Below, piece after piece: positions 23,135 to 33,044 of a stretch of 33,044 nt of DNA (within the stretch, counting starts at the first letter, position 1; every line of letters begins with the position of its first letter). The notes under the pieces are model-generated. The model searched no databases and was not told the origin of the DNA. It was given only the letters and a program-made list of their open reading frames with translations. The position numbers and the translations under genes were made by a program. The stretch comes from Octopus bimaculoides (taxonomy: Eukaryota): positions 7,937,936 through 7,970,979 of the forward strand of contig NC_069009.1 in NCBI RefSeq assembly GCF_001194135.2. The letters are read 5' to 3'.

Positions 23135-23490
23135 ATAAGTCAATTACATCGACCTCAGTTTTGACTGGTACTTATTTTGTTGACCCCAAAAGGATGAAAG
23201 GCAAAGTTGACCTCAGTGGAATTTGAACTCAGAATGTAAACACAGATGAAATGTTGCTAAGCATTTTGCCTGGCATGCTAATGATTCTGCCTGCTTACCA
23301 CCTCAATAGTAATAGCAATAATAATAATGGTTTCAAATTTTGGCACAAGGCCAGCAGTTCATGGGAGGGGGCAAGTTGATTACATTTGCCCCAGTGCTTC
23401 ACTGGTAATTATTTTATCAACACTGAAAGGATGAAAGGCAAAGTTGAACTCAGAATGTAAAGATGACCAAAATGCCACGAAGCATTTTTC
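23135..23490 (-). mobile_element. Two tandem degenerate tRNA-derived SINE copies
   Basis: aaggatgaaaggcaaagttga...gaactcagaatgtaaa occurs twice (about 23190-23240 and 23428-23462); the minus strand has a B-box-like gagttcaaattcc. Confidence 0.7.
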
Positions 23491-23494
23491 CTCA

Positions 23495-23647
23495 AGAGAT
23501 ATTAGAGAGCGAACACATTAGTAAACTCACAATAATTCATTTATCCAATGAAATCTTAACTCAACAAGAAATTCAACTCTTGGACAATGCACTAAGATTC
23601 ACAGCCACTGCAAAGAGCAACCCAGCTGACCTTGTGACAGATACAGG
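23495..23647 (+). mobile_element. Penelope-like element ORF N-terminal fragment
   Basis: IIHLSNEILTQQEIQLLDNALRFTATAKSN resembles the PLE N-terminal motif (V/I)xNLSxxxLTxxExxLLxKGLxFxPTP. Confidence 0.55.
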
Positions 23648-23799
23648 ATGATTTGTAAATGTCTAATCATTATTTATAGCTTGATGTACTTTGAGATCCA
23701 TTGTTCCCAAAAAGATTATATATATATTTCCCATAAAGAATCTTGCAAACCAGATACAAAAACGAAGTATATATATACATATATATATATATATATGTC

Positions 23800-24395
23800 A
23801 TCATCAATAATTATCATTATCATTCAGCATCCATTGTCCATGGATGTCCTTCTTAATGCCAACCAATCCGAGAGTGTAATGGGTGCGTTTATGTGCCACC
23901 AGCACAGATGCCAGTTATGTGCCACCAGTATCTGCCACGACTATGATTTCCCTTGGCTTGATGGGTCTTCTTCTCAAGCACAGCATATTGCCAAAGGTAT
24001 TGGACATTTGTCATTGCCACCATGAGGCCCAGCACTCAAAAAGTGCTCTTTACGTGCCACCAACACAGGTGCCGGTTACATGACGCTGACAATGGCCATG
24101 ACTATGGTTTTACTTGGCTTGATGGATCTTCTACTCAAGCAGAGCATATTGCCAAAGGTCTCCGTCACTAGTCATTGCCTCCATGAGACTCAACGTTTAA
24201 AGATCATTCTTCACCACTTTGTCCCATGACTTCCCGGCTTTCCCTCTTCCACAGGTAGAAATTGACACTTCACATAAGCTGACCTCATCAATATGCTTCC
24301 CATGACCATACAACCACAGTTTTCTCTCTTTCACACCACATGTGATGCCTCTTATGCCCAACTTTTCTCTCAAGATGCTTACACTTTGTCGAATA
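23800..24395 (-). mobile_element. RTE LINE 3' portion (ORF end, internally duplicated UTR, tail)
   Basis: A GRGKPGSHGTKW (decayed GRPRKTW) region homologous to 240-470 continues into the tail family seen at 7884-8042; internal duplication with an offset of about 161 bp. Confidence 0.8.
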
Positions 24396-25034
24396 TGTCG
24401 AGGATCATCACTGGTAATGAGAGTTGGGATCTACGGGTCTGACCCTGAAACAATGCAGCAGTCATCCCAATGGAAGAGCCCTTCATTTCCATGACCGAAC
24501 AAGGCACGACAGAACTGCAACTCAATCAAGAGCATGTTCATAGTTTTCTTCAACATCTGTGGTACTGTGCATCCAGAATTCCTCCTCCATGGCCAGACTG
24601 TCAACCGAGAGTTCTACTGCAACATTTTGAAGCATCTGAGGATAGACGTTTGGTAAAAACGACTGGATCTGTGGGGTGCGACGAATTGGATTCTTCTTCA
24701 TGACGATAATGAACATGGTATCACTAAAACAACATGGTATCGCTTCCACCCTATTCGCCAGATTTAGCACCTGCAGACTTCCATCGTCAAGATGAAATGC
24801 AGCTCAAAGGTCGCCATTTTAACACTGTTGTTGAGATCCAGAACGAATTGCAGAAGGTCCTTCTCTCGCCAATGGAAAATGACTTCCAGGCCAGATTTCA
24901 AAAGTGGCAGGAATGCTGAGACCAGTGTATAACTGTACAAGGCGACTATTTCAAAGAAGAATAAATAACGTAGGTAAATAAGTTATTTTTTATTAAACAT
25001 AACTGGTCTAGGAACTTTTCGATACCATCTTGAA
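24396..25034 (+). mobile_element. Mariner (family C), 5'-truncated
   Basis: RIITGNESW, PETMQQSSQWKSP, GQTVNREFYCNIL and SLPPYSPDLAPADF..MQLKGRHFNTVVEIQ; right-TIR remnant ggtctaggaacttttcgatacc; 3' part homologous to 14712-15050. Confidence 0.88.
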
Positions 25035-25036
25035 TT

Positions 25037-25440
25037 GAGCCAGAAAAAGAGACAATCCATGCAGTGGAAACACCCCACCTCACCTGCTCCAAAGAAGGCT
25101 AATGTTGCTTGATCTGTAGGGAAGGTGAAGGCCTCAGTTTCTTGGGATGTAAAAAACATTTTGTTTATTGACTATCTTCAAAAGGGTGAAACCATCAATG
25201 GACAGTACTATGCCAACTTGTTGAGACAGTTAGGAAAAGCTATCAAGGTCAAACAACTAGGAAAACGGATGAAAGAGGTCTTGCTTCATCAGGGCAATGC
25301 TTCAGCACACAAACTTTCAATGGCTGCTGTGCATGACTGTGGCCTTGAACTGGTTGATCACCATCCCCATTTTCCTTATTTGGTCCCATCTGACTATCAT
25401 CTCTTCTCCAGCATGGGAAAACACTTTGCTGGGAGCTAGT
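25037..25440 (+). mobile_element. Mariner fragment (family D, irritans/Himar1-like)
   Basis: RQSMQWKHPTSPAPKK; VGKVKASVSWDVKNILFIDYLQKGETINGQYYANLL..L...LLHQGNA..PSDYHLF parallels the recalled Himar1 sequence SAGKVMASVFWD..IIFIDYLEKGKTIN. Confidence 0.8.
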
Positions 25441-25764
25441 ATGACAGTGAAAAAACTATACTGGTATATTCAAAAATTTTCCTTTTATCTTTTAACAAAT
25501 TCTGGAAACTGATATTATTCTTGAAATTGTGAAGCCTTAAAGTTATACAGCTATTTTGTCTAATAGCATTCATGTTTTCACTATGTTTTCACTATTTAAA
25601 TACATGACTCTCAAATCCTGGGAATTATATATATATATATATATATATATANNNNNNNNNNTAATAATAATATTAGGGACAAAATCCAAAATTACAGGTA
25701 AAAAACTCAATTAAAATCAATTTATAAAAAGTTAAAATTAAATTGAGCCTTATATTTTCCCTAA

Positions 25765-25809
<45 letters not shown>

Positions 25810-25810
<1 letters not shown>

Positions 25811-26021
25811 GGGATGGGCTAAAAGTCATGTACAAAAACATTCGACATTTTATTTCTATTGTGTTATTATTTTTATTATGCATTTTGTTCACCATGTACA
25901 AGTACAGATGAATCCATCATTATTTTATTTATTTTATTCAATTTTAGAAAAATTGAAGCATGTTCTTGACAATACCAGAATGTCTTGAATTTATTTTGCG
26001 TGTGACTTTTGGCTCAACCTG
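25810..26021. mobile_element. Tc1/mariner-type MITE (212 bp)
   Basis: TA|cgggatgggctaaaagtcatg at the left and tgtgacttttggctcaacctg|TA at the right: degenerate TIRs with TA flanks. Confidence 0.7.
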
Positions 26022-26278
26022 TATGTATGTATGTATGTATGTATGTATGTATGTATGTATGTATGTATGTATGTATGTATGTATGTATATATATATGTAT
26101 ATATATACACATATATATATATATATATATATATATGGGAGAATATACAAAAAATAACAACAGACGAGGACAGGTGGTGTAAATAACAAAAGTATATATT
26201 AGTATGNNNNNNNNNNATATATATATATATATATACATATATATATGTATATATATATATGTATCTTATAATATATAT

Positions 26279-26313
26279 ACTAGCAGAGATACCCAGCGTT
26301 GTTTGGGATTAAG

Positions 26314-26348
<35 letters not shown>

Positions 26349-27238
26349 ATATATATACTGTAAAAATCCATGCAATTTACGCACTTTTTTTTTGCAAAAA
26401 TTTTTTTAAATCCCTAAGTGGTGCGTAAATTACATGAGTAGAATGTTTCTAGAATTTAAAAAAAAATTTTTTTATTGTAAAAAGGCGTACAAAATGTAAA
26501 CATTGTACCAGAAAGTTGAGACTTTTATCCTACTGAGGATAAATGTAATGACAAATTTTAAAGTTTGCTTAACATCTTATAAGTGTGAAAGGAATTAAAA
26601 TTTTGATACTCCGTATCAAAGGTTCTGACAAGAATAGACAGAAAAGAATTCTGTTTGCATAATCAGTGTGATTGGTCACCTACCTCTGTCAATTGAGTAA
26701 AGTGTCATCCAATTGAGTAAAGTGTCATCCAAGCTGATTATCAATAAGGTAATTAAACTTAATTTGCAGCACCTATGCATATTTATCAGTTTTGTTTTTG
26801 TTGGTAATTCTTATCAACAAGTTTTCCTGTGAGGGACACACAGCGAGAACTTTTCCTCTGATCATGATTTGAGAAGACACACAGCAGTATGTTAAAGATT
26901 GGATACGATTTCTTGTGGGCAAGAAATGTCAAATAAAGTTTGTTATAAACAACACGAACATTTTGTAATTTAATAGCTTTCAGTGTGATACCTGTTAAAC
27001 AGAAATTGTCTTTATTTAATGGAAATTTAATAAAATCTAATCATAAGTAAGTGAAATCATGCTAAATACAACTAAACTGAAAATCTTTTCCCCCTGGCTA
27101 TATCAGCAATTCTAAAAACTTTTGGGTGTGAATTTTACATGAGTAGAAGATTTTTTTTAACAAATTTCATCCTGAAAATCACCTGTGTAAATTACACAGG
27201 TGCACAACTTAGATGGGTTTTTACGGTATATATATATA
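26279..27238 (+). mobile_element. Possible non-autonomous Helitron-like element
   Basis: 5' actagcagagatacccagcgttgtttggg resembles ACTAG..CCCGGCG Helitron-like termini; perfect hairpin cacctgtgtaa-a-ttacacaggtg at 27180-27202 near the putative 3' end. Confidence 0.45.
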
Positions 27239-28116
27239 NNNNNNNNNNNNNNNNNNNNNNNNNNNNNNNNNNNNNNNNNNNNNNNNNNNNNNNNNNNNNN
27301 NNNNNNNNNNNNNNNNNNNNNNNNNNNNNNNNNNNNNNNNNNNNNNNNNNNNNNNNNNNNNNNNNNNNNNNNNNNNNNNNNNNNNNNNNNNNNNNNNNNN
27401 NNNNNNNNNNNNNNNNNNNNNNNNNNNNNNNNNNNNNNNNNNNNNNNNNNNNNNNNNNNNNNNNNNNNNNNNNNNNNNNNNNNNNNNNNNNNNNNNNNNN
27501 NNNNNNNNNNNNNNNNNNNNNNNNNNNNNNNNNNNNNNNNNNNNNNNNNNNNNNNNNNNNNNNNNNNNNNNNNNNNNNNNNNNNNNNNNNNNNNNNNNNN
27601 NNNNNNNNNNNNNNNNNNNNNNNNNNNNNNNNNNNNNNNNNNNNNNNNNNNNNNNNNNNNNNNNNNNNNNNNNNNNNNNNNNNNNNNNNNNNNNNNNNNN
27701 NNNNNNNNNNNNNNNNNNNNNNNNNNNNNNNNNNNNNNNNNNNNNNNNNNNNNNNNNNNNNNNNNNNNNNNNNNNNNNNNNNNNNNNNNNNNNNNNNNNN
27801 NNNNNNNNNNNNNNNNNNNNNNNNNNNNNNNNNNNNNNNNNNNNNNNNNNNNNNNNNNNNNNNNNNNNNNNNNNNNNNNNNNNNNNNNNNNNNNNNNNNN
27901 NNNNNNNNNNNNNNNNNNNNNNNNNNNNNNNNNNNNNNNNNNNNNNNNNNNNNNNNGTTGACTTTGGTTAGATTTGAAACAAGAAAGTAAAGGGTTCCAA
28001 CTGAATACCACGAGGCATTTAAATCAAATAAATTTTAATGACAGTCATCATCTAGTAAGCTTAAAAGTAGTAAATCTTCTAATCTTCATATACAAATAAA
28101 CACACACACACACACA

Positions 28117-28800
28117 TCATCATCATCATCATCATCATCACCACCATCATCAATATCATCTAATTTCTGCTTTCCATTCTGGCACGAGCTGGATGGTTCG
28201 ACAAGAACTGGCAAATCAGGAGACTGCACTGAGCTCTACTCTCTGATTTGGCTTGGTTTCTACAGCTTGATGCCCTTCCTAATGCCAACCACTTTACAAA
28301 GTGAGCTGGGTGTTTTCTTGTGGCACCAGCAGCAGTGAGGTCACCAAGTACCTTGCATGAAAAGACCCCTTAACATAGGGTCAGAGAAAGTAGTATTGAG
28401 GGATTGAAAGAAGAGTTTTGCTAATGAAAGGAAATGTAGCTACCTCAGGTGGGAAGAAAGGAAGGAGAATGAGAGAGAGGAGATATATATATTGTCATCA
28501 TCATTTAGTGTCTTTTTCTATGCTTGCTTGGGTTGAATGGTTGGACAAGAACTGGCAAGGTCAGGAGCCACATCAGGTTCCACTGTCTGTTTTGGCATGG
28601 TTTCTACAGCTGGCTGCCCTTCCCAATGCCAACCATTTTACAGAGTGTACTGGGTGCTTTTTAAGTGACACCAGCAACAGTGCTTTTTACAAGGCACCAA
28701 TGCCAGTGCTTTTTAAGTGGTACCAACACCGACAGGGTCACCAAGTATCTTGCAAGACAAAACCTCTCAACTGGGAGGTAGGGAAGTAGTATTGAGGGGT
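28117..28800 (-). mobile_element. Two adjacent old RTE-type 3' tail/UTR copies
   Basis: The (cat)n-led tail motif (ttccat.ctggc..g.gttgga...tttctacagct..tgcccttcc.aatgccaacc) occurs at about 28117-28400 and again at 28495-28800. Confidence 0.75.
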
Positions 28801-28938
28801 TGTGGCATTGTGGAAGTTGAGAAATTTAAGACAGCTGAGGGTTTACAGAGATAGGTGTTTTGCTGTAGAGTAGATAGATGGATGTCTCAGTTAGGAAAGA
28901 AAGGAGAGTGGGTTTGGGAGTGAGATAAGGAGAGTGAT

Positions 28939-28991
<53 letters not shown>

Positions 28992-29481
28992 TGATGGTGA
29001 AGATGTGCTGGGAGAAGCCCTTGAGGGACATTGAGGGTGGTGAGAATATGAGAATAGGTGAAGTGAAAGAGACGTTTGGACTGAGTGAGTGGGCAGTACA
29101 GAGGTGACTGTAGCAAGTAATGGAGACAAATATGGCAGAGGCTTGGGGTTTGGGATTGTGGTAGACATGTGAAGGCATTGAGGGTGATAGCAGAAAGGAG
29201 GTGATTAGTGGGGATAGTGGGCAGAGGAAGGCAATGAGAAATAAGGGAAATGGAAATGGTTTGAGGTAGAGGAAGAAAGGTAGTGGGGGAGAAGGGTAAC
29301 TGAGAAAGCCAGGGAATGTAGCATGTGCCTTTTCTGCTCTCAGGTGAAAGAGGAAGTGATGGGTATGAGGGGATGAAATGCTGAGGGGGAAGAAGGTTGA
29401 CGATGGAGGTGGGGATGGGACACAGACCCTCACAGACAAGCATTACTAAGCTGGTTTTAGGAAATCAATATATATATATAT

Positions 29482-30090
29482 TCTTTTACTTGTTTCACTC
29501 ATTTGACTGCAGCCATGCTGGAGCACCACTTTAAAAGGTTTTTTAGTGGAAGAAATTGACTCCAGGACTTATTCTCTGTAAACCTAGTACTTACTCTGTT
29601 GATCTCTTTTGCTGAACTGCTAAGTGACGGGGATATAAACACAACAACATTGGTTGTCAAACAACACAAAGACACACTCACATAAATATATATGTATATA
29701 TACAGGTCGGGCTTCTTTCAGTTTCCGTCTACCAAACCCACTCACAAGTCTTTGGAAGATACTTGCCCAACCTGGAACCATGTGGTTGGGACGCAAGCTC
29801 TTTACCATACAGCCAATGGCGGACTAGCCAGTTTTCCAGGCTTGCCCAATGGCAAGTGGGCCCCTGTGCTATTAGAGTCCATATATGGGGGTCCCATGTC
29901 AGTATCTCAGGGGCCCATCCCCCCAAATTTGACAATTTTTTATTCACTCATGCAAGAATGCACTAATTATTTCAGGCCAGCTGTATTTGTAGACAGGTGG
30001 GGCTTGTAGTTATGGGTGGGCCCTCTTAGTCTCCTGGCAACCAATATTTTTAGACCCATTCCGCCACTGCATACAGCCACACCTGTGTCT
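29482..30090 (-). mobile_element. tRNA-derived SINE with internal TA tract, interrupted by a hAT MITE
   Basis: 3' part at 29482-29680, TA spacer, head at 29704-29813; the head resumes at 30070-30090. Confidence 0.8.
29814..30069. mobile_element. hAT-type MITE (256 bp) with perfect 8-bp TSD
   Basis: TSD catacagc at 29806-29813 and 30070-30077; termini caatggcgga...tccgccactg; internal gggccc motifs. Confidence 0.88.
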
Positions 30091-30216
30091 ATAATATATA
30101 TATATGTATTTTTACATATATGATGATTGCTTCATCTTGTCAGATGATAGTTGTCTCACATTCAAATGTTAATGAGACATCTGTACATATTTGGACTTAA
30201 GTGACCAAAGTTTGTA

Positions 30217-31352
30217 TTGGGTCATCCTATAAAGAAAGCAGTTTTTTCATACTTTTATTTTTCAACATTAAGATAAACAAAGTTCTTTTTTAATCTAAAA
30301 TATACTCTCCTTCATTTTCTACAATGCTCTTCCATCTATCTGGTAGATTTGCAAGGCCCTCTTCCAAAATTCACTTGTCTGTGATGAAAAATACTCCTCC
30401 GGTACTATTCTGTACTCATCTACAGAATTCATATTTTTTCCATCCAAATGATTTTGAAGACTGCAGAATAAATGATAGTTAGATGGGGCACACTGATGGA
30501 AGAACCCCTTTCCTGATGGAAGAACACCTTGAAACCAAAGTAGATCTCCTTTGTTATCACTTGGTTTGGGTTTAAAAGTTCAAAGTGAACTAAACCTTTT
30601 CTATGCCACCAAACAGATAACAACACCTTATGTGGATGAAGACCTTTAGCCTGGGGTGCTGGTGTTTCTCCTTTCCCTACCCACTGTCTTCTTCATTTGA
30701 GATTCATATATAGAACCCATTTCTTCTTACTAGTCACTATTTGGTCCAAAAAAGATTCATTTGTGAGATGTGACAGCAAAGAAGAGCACACGTTCGCTCT
30801 CTACATGTAATTAGACTCAGAAAGTTTGTGAGGAACCACTGCCCCAATTTGCTGAATTTTCCAGTGGCATGCAGGTGTCAATGAATGGTTTGAATGACCA
30901 AATCCAAGCTTCTCTGCTAGTTCCTGAACATTTACGATGGGATTTTCTTCCACCAGGGTTTGCAGGACATCCTTGTTGAGCTCTACAGATCTTCCAGGAT
31001 GAGGCTTGTCTTCTAAGCTGTAGTTTCTGGATCAGAATTTCTGAAACTACCATTGACACTGGCTTATGCTTATCATCCAATCCCCTTATACTGCATTAGT
31101 ATTCCTCACACTTTCCATTTCATTGTTACCTTTATTGAACTCATAAAGCAAAATATGCCGAATATGCTCCTTTGTCACTTTCATTATAGCTTTGAAAAAT
31201 AACTGTTAGAATTGCACTGCACTCTTCAAAACATGCAAGGTAAAATTTCTACCTGCTTTTATAGCAAGTTGATGCAGGTAGTTTATACCCTCCCACCTCC
31301 GACTTCCAGTTCATGCAATTGAAAAAGCAATGTTATTTATGCGATGACCCAA
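30217..31352 (-). mobile_element. Mariner (family B), internally deleted, both TIRs, TA TSD
   Basis: TA|ttgggtcatcctataaag at the left and ttatttatgcgatgacccaa|TA at the right; retains QW(V)PHKL, FLDQIVT..KWVLY and LLSVWWHRKGLVHFELL; the DNARP-to-YSPD region is deleted; aligns with 6965-7876. Confidence 0.92.
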
Positions 31353-31544
31353 TACAATGCTTCTGTCACTCCTTCAATCACCATAGAAGATTCCAGTGAC
31401 AAGCGTTAAAGAATGACTAATACTATTTTGACTACAAGTTTTATGTCAGTGCATCTTTCTCCTGGAAGAAGAGTTGCATCCCCCACAGCTTTGTCAAAAA
31501 TAAAGAGAGCCTCCTCTAACCTAGGGAAATCTATTTAACTCTTA

Positions 31545-31692
31545 GATGAGACATTGACAGGCATTACCATTCCAGGTCAGAATGGATTTGGGAGAAATGA
31601 TAATTAAGGGGTGACTCCATGCTTCACACAATTCCTGAACTCCCAAACTGGAGCCTCATTATCAGATGCAGTTTAATGTCAGACTCAGGACA
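31545..31692 (+). mobile_element. Probable interspersed retroposon fragment
   Basis: gacaggcattaccattccaggtcagaatgga...ctggagcctcattatcagatgcagtttaatgtc resembles a recalled abundant octopus repeat; there is no second copy in the window to confirm it. Confidence 0.4.
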
Positions 31693-31794
31693 CACACACA
31701 CACACATATATGCATGCATGTGCATACATGTGCATACATGTGTATGTATCATCTACATATATATGTGTGTGTGTGTTTATAGATACATAACACA

Positions 31795-31835
<41 letters not shown>

Positions 31836-32516
31836 NNNNNNNNNNNNNNNNNNNNNNNNNNNNNNNNNNNNNNNNNNNNNNNNNNNNNNNNNNNNNNNNN
31901 NNNNNNNNNNNNNNNNNNNNNNNNNNNNNNNNNNNNNNNNNNNNNNNNNNNNNNNNNNNNNNNNNNNNNNNNNNNNNNNNNNNNNNNNNNNNNNNNNNNN
32001 NNNNNNNNNNNNNNNNNNNNNNNNNNNNNNNNNNNNNNNNNNNNNNNNNNNNNNNNNNNNNNNNNNNNNNNNNNNNNNNNNNNNNNNNNNNNNNNNNNNN
32101 NNNNNNNNNNNNNNNNNNNNNNNNNNNNNNNNNNNNNNNNNNNNNNNNNNNNNNNNNNNNNNNNNNNNNNNNNNNNNNNNNNNNNNNNNNNNNNNNNNNN
32201 NNNNNNNNNNNNNNNNNNNNNNNNNNNNNNNNNNNNNNNNNNNNNNNNNNNNNNNNNNNNNNNNNNNNNNNNNNNNNNAAGGTATTGAAAATACGTATTC
32301 GCCTTTATATATTTAATCCTTTATATTGAACACTCAATATTCCATATATTCAATAAGACATTCAATACTTCATTTCATTGTACCATCCATTTTTATATTA
32401 TATATTCCACATTCTATATCCCACATTAATTTTACAAGAATATAAATAAAACATAAAAAACAGACAGAGTTGGAACTCTTTTAAATAAAATAATATATAT
32501 ATATATATATATATAT

Positions 32517-32662
32517 CAATACGGAGACTAATACATGTTCAAATTTTTCTATTAATTTAACAGGTAGTTAAATTGGTTGGTTAGTTAAAATGAACTAATT
32601 ACGCTGTATAACTACCTGCTAAATTAAAAGGAAAATTCGAAGATGTACCAGTCTCTGTATTG
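32517..32662. repeat. Fold-back element, 54-bp arms (46/54 match), 38-bp spacer
   Basis: caatacggagact...taacaggtagtta (32517-32570) pairs with taactacctgcta...agtctctgtattg (32609-32662). Confidence 0.9.
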
Positions 32663-32991
32663 TTTGTAAATGTTTGGAATTTACACTCTCAAAGATATTC
32701 ATAATCCAGGGCAGGGAACCAGGATTTACCCATCAGATGATTAGCAGTGGGATTGTTCACACTAAGCAGTCACTGATGTTTATTACTACTTGATGTGGTT
32801 AGGCAGAACCTGGACTATAGCTGAGAGCTATTATGGTATCCACCGAGATAATTTATCTCTATATATTCATCACAAATAGCTACACACAGACATATGTATG
32901 TTTATAATACATATGTTAATAAGCTCATCCATATTTATGCGCATATATGTGCATGTGTCTGCTTTTGTGTGTACATACATATGTATATCTA

Positions 32992-33044
<53 letters not shown>

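Overview
Eukaryotic, AT-rich, repeat-saturated genomic DNA from a draft assembly with 9 N-gaps (about 3 kb in total). The SINE, RTE and mariner families and the very high microsatellite load resemble an octopod cephalopod genome; this is an inference from repeat character. No host protein-coding gene could be identified with confidence. Most listed ORFs are artefacts of (TA)n, (CA)n, (GATA)n or (GGT)n tracts or of N-gaps. The window contains RTE-clade LINE fragments, a HERO/R2-group RT fragment, a young L1/Tx1-like LINE inside a GATA array, a Penelope-like fragment, at least four mariner families, Tc1/mariner and hAT MITEs, a Helitron-like element, several tRNA-derived SINEs and a 29-bp G/T minisatellite. 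The most interesting signals are: (1) a complete minimal type I hammerhead ribozyme topology on the minus strand at 11865-11921; (2) the Tx1-like LINE inside a (GATA)n array with target-site-duplication geometry that may span the whole array; (3) two long fold-back inverted repeats; (4) a few unique, exon-like stretches that remain unassigned.
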